Source: Thermoanaerobaculia bacterium (GTDB lineage Bacteria > Acidobacteriota > Thermoanaerobaculia > UBA5066). From it: 64,000 bases of DNA. Shown here piece after piece: positions 29,551 through 38,093 of this stretch. Numbering within the stretch: position 1 is the stretch's first letter; the number at the start of each line of letters is the position of its first letter. Under the pieces are notes generated by a model that saw only the letters and a program-made list of their open reading frames with translations, searched no databases and had not been told where the DNA came from. Location: NCBI GenBank assembly GCA_963719225.1, contig CAVRAY010000002.1, forward strand, positions 352,001 to 416,000, in the 5' to 3' direction. The translations under genes were made by a program, and so were the position numbers.

Positions 29551-31437
29551 TTACCGCGAGGAGACGAGCTCCCCGGCCGGCACGTCGCGCGCAATCGCCT
29601 CCTTCGAACCGTCCGGCTTCCGGAAGAGACCGGACACGAGATCGGTCTCGAGCCAGGCGTACCTTCCGTCCAGGAGCCGGCGCGCGGCGGCGTATTTCGC
29701 GACGTCGTCGTTCGAGGAGATTGCGCCGAAGCGCGCCGCGATCTTCCGGCGGGCGCCCCGGCAGAACAGGTCGGCGAGCTCGGCCGCCGACGCGGCGTCC
29801 TTCGCGCCCGCGCGGCGCAGCTGGTGCGCCCGCGAGATCGCCGCGGTCATGGCGAAGAGCTCGGCCCCGACGTCGACCGCGCGGAAGAGGATCGCCTGTC
29901 GCTTCTCGAGCTTCGGCCCGTTCGCGGCCATGAGGTGGAAGATCGTGCGGGCGAGCTTCCGCGAAGTCCGGTCGAGGAAGCGGACGTGCGTCGCGAGCGG
30001 GCCGTAGGCGCCGAAGCGCGGCCAGCGTCCCCAGCCGAGCCAGCGGGAGGGATACCAGCCCGCGTAAAACGCGGCGATCTTCGGGAGCGCTTTGACCTTC
30101 TCGCCCGCCGTCGCTTTCGGATCGGCGAGGGCGCCCGCGACCCGAAGGTGCGTGTCGAGAGCCTCCCGCGCGATGAAAAGCCGCATGATCTCGGACGAAC
30201 CCTCGAAGATGAGGTTGATGCGCGCGTCGCGGAGCATGCGCTCGACCGGGATCGGCGCCTCTCCGCGGTTTCGGAGCGAGTCGGCCGTCTCGTAGCCGCG
30301 CCCGCCCCGGATCTGGAGAGTCCGGTCCACGATCGTCCAGCTCTCTTCCGAGTTCCACATCTTCGCGACGGCCGCCTCGAGGCGGAGGTCCCGGTCGTGC
30401 GAATCGGCCATGGCCGCGCTCATCTCAGCCACGGCGTCCATCGCGAACGTCGTCGCGGCCATCTCCGCGAGGAGCTGCGCGATCGCGTCGTGCCGCCCGA
30501 TCGGCTGGCCCCACTGCACGCGCTCTCCGGCCCATGCGCGCGAGAATTCGAGACATCGCTTGGCCATGCCGACGGAGGAGGCGGGAATCGTGAGACGGCC
30601 CGTGTTGAGCGTCACGAGCGCGAGCTTCAGGCCGCGTCCCTCTCTCCAGAGGATGTTCTCCTTCGGCACCTTCACGTTCGTGAAACGCACGACGCCGTTC
30701 TCGATGGCCTTGAGGCCCATGAAGTGGCAGCGCGTCACGACCTTGACGCCCGGGAAGTCCTTCTCGACGACGAAGGCCGAGATCTTCTTCGTGTCCGGGT
30801 GGCGCGCCATCACGACGAAGAGCTCGGCGATCGTGCCGTTCGTCGTCCAGAGCTTGTCGCCGTTCAGAATGTAATCGCCCTCGGGGGTGCGCGTCGCCGT
30901 CGTCGAGAGGTTCGCCGGGTCCGAGCCCACCTGCGGCTCCGTGAGCGCGAACGCCGAGACCGCGCCCTTCGCGAGGCGCGGCAGCCACTTTCTCTTCTGC
31001 TCCTCGGTTCCGAAGAGCCGGAGCGGCTGCGGGACGCCGATGGACTGGTGCGCCGACAGGAGCGCGATCAGGTTGCCATCCACGCTCGAGACGAGCTTGA
31101 TGATCGTCCCGTACTCGTGCTGTGAGAAGCCGAGGCCGCCGTATTCCGTCTCGATCTTCATCCCGAACGCGCCGAGCGCGGCCAGGCCGTCGAGAACGCT
31201 CTGCGGGATCTTGCCGTCGCGATCGATCGCGTCGCCGTCGACCTCGTCGCGGAGGAACCGTTCCATCCTCTCGTAGAAGACCCGGAACTCGGGCCGCTCC
31301 TCGCGGGGCGGAAAGTCGGGCACGAGGTCGAGGCGGAGGCTCCCGAGGAAGAGCTCCTTCAGGAAGCCCGGCTTCTCCCACGTGGTCTCACGCGCGTCCT
31401 CGGCGACCTGGCGGGCTTCGCGTTCGCTGACGGGCAT
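29551..31437 (-). CDS. Acyl-CoA dehydrogenase (VLCAD/ACAD9-like long form)
   Basis: [42 protein letters not shown] and IFEGSSEI. Confidence 0.92.
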   Translation of the reverse strand: MPVSEREARQVAEDARETTWEKPGFLKELFLGSLRLDLVPDFPPREERPEFRVFYERMERFLRDEVDGDAIDRDGKIPQSVLDGLAALGAFGMKIETEYGGLGFSQHEYGTIIKLVSSVDGNLIALLSAHQSIGVPQPLRLFGTEEQKRKWLPRLAKGAVSAFALTEPQVGSDPANLSTTATRTPEGDYILNGDKLWTTNGTIAELFVVMARHPDTKKISAFVVEKDFPGVKVVTRCHFMGLKAIENGVVRFTNVKVPKENILWREGRGLKLALVTLNTGRLTIPASSVGMAKRCLEFSRAWAGERVQWGQPIGRHDAIAQLLAEMAATTFAMDAVAEMSAAMADSHDRDLRLEAAVAKMWNSEESWTIVDRTLQIRGGRGYETADSLRNRGEAPIPVERMLRDARINLIFEGSSEIMRLFIAREALDTHLRVAGALADPKATAGEKVKALPKIAAFYAGWYPSRWLGWGRWPRFGAYGPLATHVRFLDRTSRKLARTIFHLMAANGPKLEKRQAILFRAVDVGAELFAMTAAISRAHQLRRAGAKDAASAAELADLFCRGARRKIAARFGAISSNDDVAKYAAARRLLDGRYAWLETDLVSGLFRKPDGSKEAIARDVPAGELVSSR

Positions 31438-31446
31438 GGCGGAACT

Positions 31447-32688
31447 CTACGCCAGGCGTCGCGAGCGGCCGAGGAGCGCCGTGACGAGGATCGCCGCGGC
31501 GAGCGCGGGGAGCGTTCCTCCCACGGGCGCGGCGAGGAAATACGCCGCCACGCCGGCGATCCAGCCGCACATGCCCGCGAGGGCGAAACCGCCGTGCCGC
31601 GTCGCCGCGCCGGCGGGAACGTAGAGGTCCTGGACCTCCGGCCGCCGCCCCAGCAGGAAGAAATGCGCGAGGAGGACGCCCCCCACCGGGACGAGGAGGG
31701 CGCCGAGAAGGAGCATGAAATCCGCGTAACCCCTGAGCCAGCCGGGAAGGAGCGACAACGCGGCTCCGATGAGGCCGATCGCCCAGACGGAGGCGCGGTC
31801 GCGAGCTCCCGGAAAGAGGCTCTTCCACGCGAGGGCGGACATGTAGATGTTGACGAAGTTCGTCGTGAGCGTCGCGACGGCGAGAAGGAGCGCTCCGACC
31901 CCGCTGAGGCCGACGGCCTGGAGCATGGCCCCCGGGTCGGTGGAACCCGCGGCCCGCGCGCACGCGAGCCCGAGCGGCATGAACCAGAGGCTCGTGACGG
32001 AGAGGCCGAGAAAGACGGCCCCGGCGGCCGTCCGCGCAGAACGCGTGTAGCGGGTGTAGTCGCCGAACATGAGGAGCCACGAGACCTGATATCCCACGAC
32101 GACGTCGAACCCGCGCGTGGCCGTCATCGACCCGTCCCCCGCCCGGGACAGGACGCCGTGCGGCAGCTCGAGGCAGCGGAACGTGAGAATCGCGCCGACG
32201 ACGAGGAGGAGGGGCACGGCGACGCGGTCCGCGTGGCCGACGGCGCGCGGACCTCCCGCGACGATCGCCGTCGCGAGAACGCCCAGACAGAAAGCCCACA
32301 CCAGCTCCGAACGGGGTCCGCCGAGGACGTGCGAGATTGCAGACGCCGCGATCACGTTGTTGACGGCGATCCACGCGAAGTTCGTGACGTAGAGGATCGA
32401 GGAAACGAGCGCGGCGCCGCGAAGGCCGAGCGCGGCCCGGCAGGCGATGACGGACGGAACCCCGAGCCGCGGGCCCAGAGGCGCGAGCGCCGCGACGAGA
32501 GCGGAGCCGAGAAGGGTCCCAAACGCGACGAGCAGGAGCGCGTCCCGAAGCGAGAAGGCGGGCACGAGGCTCGCTCCCGTCTGAAGCGTCGTCGCGACGA
32601 TGTTCGCGCCCGCGAAGATGAGGAAGAGATCCAGCCCGGACTGGGACTTCTCCGAGTCGGGGACGGGACCGAGGTCGGCGGCCTGCAC
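31447..32688 (-). CDS. NCS1-family nucleobase/cytosine permease (CytX-like)
   Basis: About 12 TM helices. AGANI, WIAVN, SWLLMFGDYTRY and TTNFVNIY. Confidence 0.85.
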   Translation of the reverse strand: MQAADLGPVPDSEKSQSGLDLFLIFAGANIVATTLQTGASLVPAFSLRDALLLVAFGTLLGSALVAALAPLGPRLGVPSVIACRAALGLRGAALVSSILYVTNFAWIAVNNVIAASAISHVLGGPRSELVWAFCLGVLATAIVAGGPRAVGHADRVAVPLLLVVGAILTFRCLELPHGVLSRAGDGSMTATRGFDVVVGYQVSWLLMFGDYTRYTRSARTAAGAVFLGLSVTSLWFMPLGLACARAAGSTDPGAMLQAVGLSGVGALLLAVATLTTNFVNIYMSALAWKSLFPGARDRASVWAIGLIGAALSLLPGWLRGYADFMLLLGALLVPVGGVLLAHFFLLGRRPEVQDLYVPAGAATRHGGFALAGMCGWIAGVAAYFLAAPVGGTLPALAAAILVTALLGRSRRLA

Positions 32689-32689
32689 G

Positions 32690-33337
32690 TCAGGCGGCCC
32701 GGATCCCGGGCACCGTCACGACACGCACGCCGTCCGGTGGATTCTCGACCGCCTGAGCGAGAGCCGCCGTCATCTGCGCGCGCGTCACGAGGCCGAGCCT
32801 GAGCGCGCCCTCCCGGGTCGCGGGGAGGAGCTCCGCGATCGCATAGAGGGGCAGGAGGAGGTACGGCCAGCGGTGTCCGGGGCCGAGGACGTACCACGGT
32901 CGCAGGATCGTCGCGGGAAGGCCCGTCGCGAGGAGAAGCGACTCGCCCTCGGCGCGCGCCTCCCAGTACGCCTTCATCGCGGGAGCGGGGTGCGCGACGC
33001 TCAGGTAGACGAAGTGCGCGACGCCCGCGGGGACGGCAGCCGAGAGCGCCGCCTTCAGCGACGCGAGGTCCACGTCGCGGAACTCCTTCGCCTTTTTCGG
33101 CGAGGGATGCGCGACGCCGACGAGGTGGACGAACGTCGCTCCTTTCGGCACGCGCGCGCGATACGTCTCCGCGTCGAGGGCGTCGCCCGTCACGGCCTCG
33201 GACCCCGTCGGGACTCTCGCTTCCGAGCCGCGCCTGACGAGAGCGAGAACGCGGTGGCCGCGCGCGAGGAGCCGTGGAATCAGGGCCCCTCCCAGGTAGC
33301 CGGTCGCGCCGGTCACGAAAACGGTCTTCTCGGTCAC
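32690..33337 (-). CDS. NAD(P)-binding atypical SDR/epimerase-family protein
   Basis: VFVTGATGYLG, YWEARAEGE and TILRPWYVLGPG. GTG start at 33337. Confidence 0.85.
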   Translation of the reverse strand: MTEKTVFVTGATGYLGGALIPRLLARGHRVLALVRRGSEARVPTGSEAVTGDALDAETYRARVPKGATFVHLVGVAHPSPKKAKEFRDVDLASLKAALSAAVPAGVAHFVYLSVAHPAPAMKAYWEARAEGESLLLATGLPATILRPWYVLGPGHRWPYLLLPLYAIAELLPATREGALRLGLVTRAQMTAALAQAVENPPDGVRVVTVPGIRAA

Positions 33338-33476
33338 GAGACGGGAAATCGTATCGCGGCGGCGTGACGGGGGAGCCGCCCTCCGCACGGAGCCCTCCGT
33401 CCCCGCGGCGTCGCCTTCGTCCCGAATCGGTTTCGTCGATCCGGGGCGCTCCCTACCGTGAGGCGGGGGTGTCCGC

Positions 33477-36413
33477 ATGATTCGCGAAAAGCTCGATTCT
33501 CTCGGTCGAACGGTGTTGGGTGCGGCGCTGGGTCTCCTCCTCGGCGCGGGGGTGGCCACCGGCCAGGGCCTCCCCTCGGCGACGCTCACGGGGCACGTCA
33601 CGACGGGCGACACGTCGCTCCCGGGGGTGGCCGTGACGGTGAAATCTCCAGCGCTCCAGGGCAGCCGCTCCACCGTGACGACGTCGAACGGGGACTACGC
33701 GTTCAACAGCCTTCCGCCCGGCGACTACACGGTCACGTTCGAGCAGTCGTCGTTCCAGCCCGTCTCGCGCACCGTCCGCCTCGCGGGCGCACAGAAGGAA
33801 AGACTGGATGCGTCGCTGAGCGTCAACGCCGTCGCGGCCCAGGCCGAGGTCGTCGCGAAGGCGGAGACGATCTCGACCTCTTCCCAGGCGGCGACGACGT
33901 TCACGGGCGCGCAGCTCGACACGCTCCCCACCGGGCGCACGATCCTGTCGGCGCTGGCTCTCTCTCCCGGGGTAAACCAGAACGGGCCGAACGCCGCGTT
34001 CACGATCTCCGGCGCCCAGTCGTTCGACAACCAGTTCTCCGTCAACGGCGCCGTCGTCAACGACAACATCCGCGGCACGCCATACAACCTCTTCATCGAG
34101 GACGCGATCCAGGAGACGACGATCTCGTCGGCCGGCATCTCCGCGGAGTTCGGCCGGTTCACGGGCGGCGTCGTGAACACGATCACGAAGTCGGGCGGCA
34201 ACGCCTTCAGCGGGTCCTTCCGGACGACGTTCAACGACGACGCCTGGTCCGCGATCACGCCGGCGAACGAGCAGCGCGTCCAGTCGGTCGTGCCGACGTA
34301 CGAGGCCACGATCGGCGGCCCGATCTGGAAGGACCGCGTCTGGTTCTTCGGAGCCGGCCGGCTGAACGACCAGAAAGGGAGCAACCAGACGGCGTTCACG
34401 AACATCTCGTATCCGACGGAGAACGACGAGAAAAGGTACGAAGGAAAGCTCACGCTGACACCGTTCTCGAGCCAGACGCTCACGGCGTCGTACCTTGCCA
34501 TTCAGCAGGACCTCAAGAACGACTACTTCACCTCCCACCCGATCCTCGACCTCGACAGCCTCAAGAACCGCAGCCTGCCGCAGGACTTCCTCGTCCTGAA
34601 TTACAGCGGCCTGGTCGGGAGCAGCCTCTCTCTCGAAGGGCAGTACTCGCAGCGGCACTTCACGTTCGAGAACGACGGTTCGCTCTTCACGGACCTCGCG
34701 AAAGGCACCGTCCTGATCGACGAGTCGACGGGCGGTTACTACAACTCGCCCTACTTCTGCGGAGTCTGCAGCAACGAGAAGCGCGACAACCAGGACTTCT
34801 TCGCGAAGGGCACGTGGTTCCTCTCGACGCCGGGGCTCGGGTCCCACAACATCGTCGTCGGCTACGACAACTTCACGGGCAAGGAGCTCCTGAACAACTA
34901 CCAGTCGGGCAGCAACTACGTCGTGGGCTCCACGGCGGCCATCGCGCGAAACGGCGATCTCTTTCCGGTCTTCGACTCCTCGAGCTACATCGTCTACTTC
35001 CCGATCACCCAGCAGAGCTCGGGGAGCGACATCCGGACGCACTCCGTCTTTCTCAACGACTCGTGGCGGATGGGCGACCGCCTCGCCTTCAATCTCGGCG
35101 TGCGCTGGGACAAGAACGCGGCCAAGGACGGCGCCGGCGTGACCCGCGCCTCGGACAGCGCCTTCAGCCCGCGACTCGGCGCGACGTGGGACACCCGGGG
35201 CGACGGAAAGCTGCGTGTGGCGGCGAGCTACGCGAAGTACGTCGGAGCGATCCAGGAGACGCAGGTCAGCTCCGCCACGCAGGCCGGAACGCCCCTCATC
35301 CTCTACTGGTACTACGACGGCCCGGGCGCCACGCCGATCAACGCGGATCCGAACGGCACGCTCCTGACCCGTGCGCAGGCGCTCACCCAGCTCTTCAACT
35401 GGTTCCAGGGCCAGGGCTGCCCGAACCTCACGACGTGCGAGGTGCCGCTCGGTGGCGCGCAGGTCCCCGGCGTGAACCAGCAGATCCGGGGGAGCCTCGA
35501 CTCGCCGCACGCGAACGAATACTCCGTCGGGATCCAGGGGGCCTTCGGCGCGCGCGCCTCGTACCGGATCGACGCCGTCCGCCGCGAGTTCCACGACTTC
35601 TACAGCCTCAGGCTGGACCAGGGGACGGGCCAGGTGACGGACCAGTTCGGCAACGTCTTCGACCTCCAGCTGACGCAGAACACGAACGACCTCGAGCGGA
35701 ACTACACGGCACTGCAGACGCAGGTCCAGGTCCAGCCCTTCCGTCAGTTGTCGCTCGGCGCGAGCTGGACGTGGTCCCACACGCTCGGGAACTTCAACGG
35801 CGAGACCGCGGGGTCGGGCGCGGTCCGGGGCCTTCCCGACTTCTATCCGGAATACTCGCAGGCGAGCTGGGGCCTCCCCCGGGGCGACCTCGCGACCGAT
35901 CAGCGCCACCGCGTCCGCGCGTTCGCGAGCTATGCCGTGCCGATTCCGTCGAAGTGGGGGACGCTCTCCGTGGGCGTCGTCCAGGCGTACGACACCGGGA
36001 CGCCCTACGGCGCGGCCGGGGCCGCTGTCGTCTCGCCCTACGTGACGAATCCCGGCTACGAGACGCCGCCGCGCACGTCGACGTATTACTTCACGGCGCG
36101 CGACGCCTTCCGGACGGACAACATCTCGCGCACCGACCTCTCCGTGAACTTCGGGTTCCGCATCGCGGACGCGGTGGAAGTCTTCGTGCACCCGCAGGTT
36201 TTCAATGTCTTCAACAACCAGGGAGCCGTCGCCGTCAACACGACCGTCCTCTCGGCCGCGAACGCCGCGGGCTTCACGCGTTTCGACCCGTTCACGACGC
36301 AGCCCGTCCGGGGCGTGAACTGGGACTACGGCTCGAGCTTCGGGAAGGCCCGGAACGCCGCGGATTACCAGACGCCGCGCTTTTTCCTGGTCTCGGTCGG
36401 CGCGCGGTTTTAG
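33477..36413 (+). CDS. TonB-dependent outer-membrane receptor 1 (Oar-like, N-terminal carboxypeptidase-regulatory-like domain)
   Basis: Signal peptide, LPGVAVTVKSPALQG, plug SAEFGRFTGGVVNTITKSGGN, GGPIWKDR.WFF and C-terminal Phe (GARF). Confidence 0.92.
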   Translation: MIREKLDSLGRTVLGAALGLLLGAGVATGQGLPSATLTGHVTTGDTSLPGVAVTVKSPALQGSRSTVTTSNGDYAFNSLPPGDYTVTFEQSSFQPVSRTVRLAGAQKERLDASLSVNAVAAQAEVVAKAETISTSSQAATTFTGAQLDTLPTGRTILSALALSPGVNQNGPNAAFTISGAQSFDNQFSVNGAVVNDNIRGTPYNLFIEDAIQETTISSAGISAEFGRFTGGVVNTITKSGGNAFSGSFRTTFNDDAWSAITPANEQRVQSVVPTYEATIGGPIWKDRVWFFGAGRLNDQKGSNQTAFTNISYPTENDEKRYEGKLTLTPFSSQTLTASYLAIQQDLKNDYFTSHPILDLDSLKNRSLPQDFLVLNYSGLVGSSLSLEGQYSQRHFTFENDGSLFTDLAKGTVLIDESTGGYYNSPYFCGVCSNEKRDNQDFFAKGTWFLSTPGLGSHNIVVGYDNFTGKELLNNYQSGSNYVVGSTAAIARNGDLFPVFDSSSYIVYFPITQQSSGSDIRTHSVFLNDSWRMGDRLAFNLGVRWDKNAAKDGAGVTRASDSAFSPRLGATWDTRGDGKLRVAASYAKYVGAIQETQVSSATQAGTPLILYWYYDGPGATPINADPNGTLLTRAQALTQLFNWFQGQGCPNLTTCEVPLGGAQVPGVNQQIRGSLDSPHANEYSVGIQGAFGARASYRIDAVRREFHDFYSLRLDQGTGQVTDQFGNVFDLQLTQNTNDLERNYTALQTQVQVQPFRQLSLGASWTWSHTLGNFNGETAGSGAVRGLPDFYPEYSQASWGLPRGDLATDQRHRVRAFASYAVPIPSKWGTLSVGVVQAYDTGTPYGAAGAAVVSPYVTNPGYETPPRTSTYYFTARDAFRTDNISRTDLSVNFGFRIADAVEVFVHPQVFNVFNNQGAVAVNTTVLSAANAAGFTRFDPFTTQPVRGVNWDYGSSFGKARNAADYQTPRFFLVSVGARF

Positions 36414-37444
36414 GACGAGGGACGGGTTTCTCGCGCGCCGCCCGCGTGGCGCGCGAGAAACTCGACGGCGCGCTCCTCGCCCCAGGAAACGGGCCGCAGC
36501 CCGTTCGCGGCGATCCAGCCGGCGTGGCCGCCTTGGGCCGTGACGAGAAACGCGACGGCGGGCGACGCCGTGCTCCGCGCCCGCTCGACCGTTTCGGCGG
36601 GCACGAAGGGATCGTCGAGCGCCGAGAGGCAGAGCGTCGGCACCGTGATCCGCGAGAGAAGAGGGAGCGAGCTGGAACGCGCGTAGTAGTCGTCCGCCGA
36701 GGTGAAGCCGTGGAGAGGAGCCGTGGCGGCGTCGTCGAACTCGCGAAACGTGAACGCGCGCCGCGCGCGCGGAAGGTCGATCCGCAGGGCCGCCTCCGGA
36801 AACCGCCCGACGAGATTTTCGGCCTTCGCCGTCAGAGTCTTCACGAAGACGCGCACGTAGAGGTTCGACGGGAAAGGCGTCATGTACCGGTCGCCCGCCG
36901 CGAGGTCGAAGGGCACCGAGAGCGTCGCCGCGGCGGCCACGGTGGGATTGCCGGGGTTCTCGCCGAGCCATTTCAGGAGCACGTTTCCGCCGAGCGAGAC
37001 GCCCGCGCACAGGAGCGGCTGTCCGTGTCGCGCCGCCAGCGTCCGGGCTACGAAGTCGAAGTCGGACGTCTCGCCGGAATGGTAGAGGCGCGGTCGCTCG
37101 TTCGGAATGCAGCGGTCGAGGTCGAGAGGGTCGCGCGCGCAAAAGCGGAAGTTGAGGACGGCCGCACGCAGCCCGGCGCGCGCCGCGAGAGCGAGGAGCC
37201 CCTGCGCGTAGACGGAGTTCGAGCTGCCCTCGAGACCGTGTAGCACGAGGAGAAAGGGAGCGTCTTCGGAGGCGGGGGCGTCGAGGTGATCGAGGAAGAG
37301 CGTGTCGCCGTCCGGAGCGGTCAGCGCCTCGCGGCGCATCGCCACCTGTCTCTTCGAGCGCGCGAAGCGTCCCCAGACCGTCTGGGCATGGCGGCCGCGC
37401 AACCAGCCTGCGGGCGCGAAGCCCGTATGGATCTCGCCGTTCAT
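36410..37444 (-). CDS. YheT-family alpha/beta hydrolase
   Basis: HAQT, LHGLEGSS, YHSGETSD, GVSLGGN, FREFDD..TAPLHGF, DDPF and GGHAGW. Confidence 0.9.
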   Translation of the reverse strand: MNGEIHTGFAPAGWLRGRHAQTVWGRFARSKRQVAMRREALTAPDGDTLFLDHLDAPASEDAPFLLVLHGLEGSSNSVYAQGLLALAARAGLRAAVLNFRFCARDPLDLDRCIPNERPRLYHSGETSDFDFVARTLAARHGQPLLCAGVSLGGNVLLKWLGENPGNPTVAAAATLSVPFDLAAGDRYMTPFPSNLYVRVFVKTLTAKAENLVGRFPEAALRIDLPRARRAFTFREFDDAATAPLHGFTSADDYYARSSSLPLLSRITVPTLCLSALDDPFVPAETVERARSTASPAVAFLVTAQGGHAGWIAANGLRPVSWGEERAVEFLARHAGGARETRPSS

Positions 37445-37527
37445 TTTTTCGGCTTTGGTCCCTTCGAAAGCGGCGCTCGTCCCAGGAGACGTTCGACGCG
37501 CCTCTGGGCATTCTATTGTCCGGCGGG

Positions 37528-37905
37528 ATGGCGAGGGCCGAAATCGACTTCGATCGACGGCGCTTCCGGACGGTGAGGAACTCGGAGGCCGGCGAGTGCT
37601 CCTCCGAGACGGTCTTCCGCTACCGGCAGAAAGGCAACGTCGTCTGGGCTACGTACCGAGGCGGAGACGTGACCTACGGAACGCTCCTGGCCCGCGTGGA
37701 CGGCGACGGGCGGCTCGACGTGGTCTATCAGCACCTCAACAAGAACGGCGATTTCCGGTCGGGCCGCGCCCGCGCGCGGACGGAGGTTCTGCCGGACGGC
37801 CGGTACCGCCTTCACGAGCGCTGGGAGTGGACCGCGGGCGCGGCCGGCTCCGGCCGCTCGGTCACGGAAGAAGTGCCGCGCAGGCGCGGCGCGCCCGCCG
37901 GCTGA
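37528..37905 (+). CDS. Small conserved all-beta hypothetical protein
   Basis: NSEAGECSSETVFRYRQ..NVVWATYRGG...DGRYRLHERWEW. Resembles a family often loosely labelled 'N-acetylglutamate synthase'. Confidence 0.7.
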   Translation: MARAEIDFDRRRFRTVRNSEAGECSSETVFRYRQKGNVVWATYRGGDVTYGTLLARVDGDGRLDVVYQHLNKNGDFRSGRARARTEVLPDGRYRLHERWEWTAGAAGSGRSVTEEVPRRRGAPAG

Positions 37906-38093
37906 CGCTCCGGAAATCCGGAACGCCCTCGCGCCGAAGCCCTCGATCCCGGCTTCCCCGGCTCTTGGCACGCGCGAAAGACCTCCGTCCCGAACCGGTC
38001 GCGCTTTCCTTCGCTGGGCCGCAGCTTCTTCCGATCACACCGCGGCCGTTCCGCCATGCGGAGCGAGACGCGCGTGTCAAGGAGGAAGAATAG

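Noticed and set aside
33338-33476. Possible TPP riboswitch upstream of the SDR and CytX-like permease genes
   Set aside because: Only a GTAGGGA-like fragment is present on the minus strand. The conserved CTGAGA and ACCTGA elements were not found.
33453-37511. Overlapping 1352-aa (minus) and 1261-aa (plus) ORFs over receptor 1
   Set aside because: Arg/Gly/Pro-rich off-frame or antisense translations of the real receptor and YheT genes.
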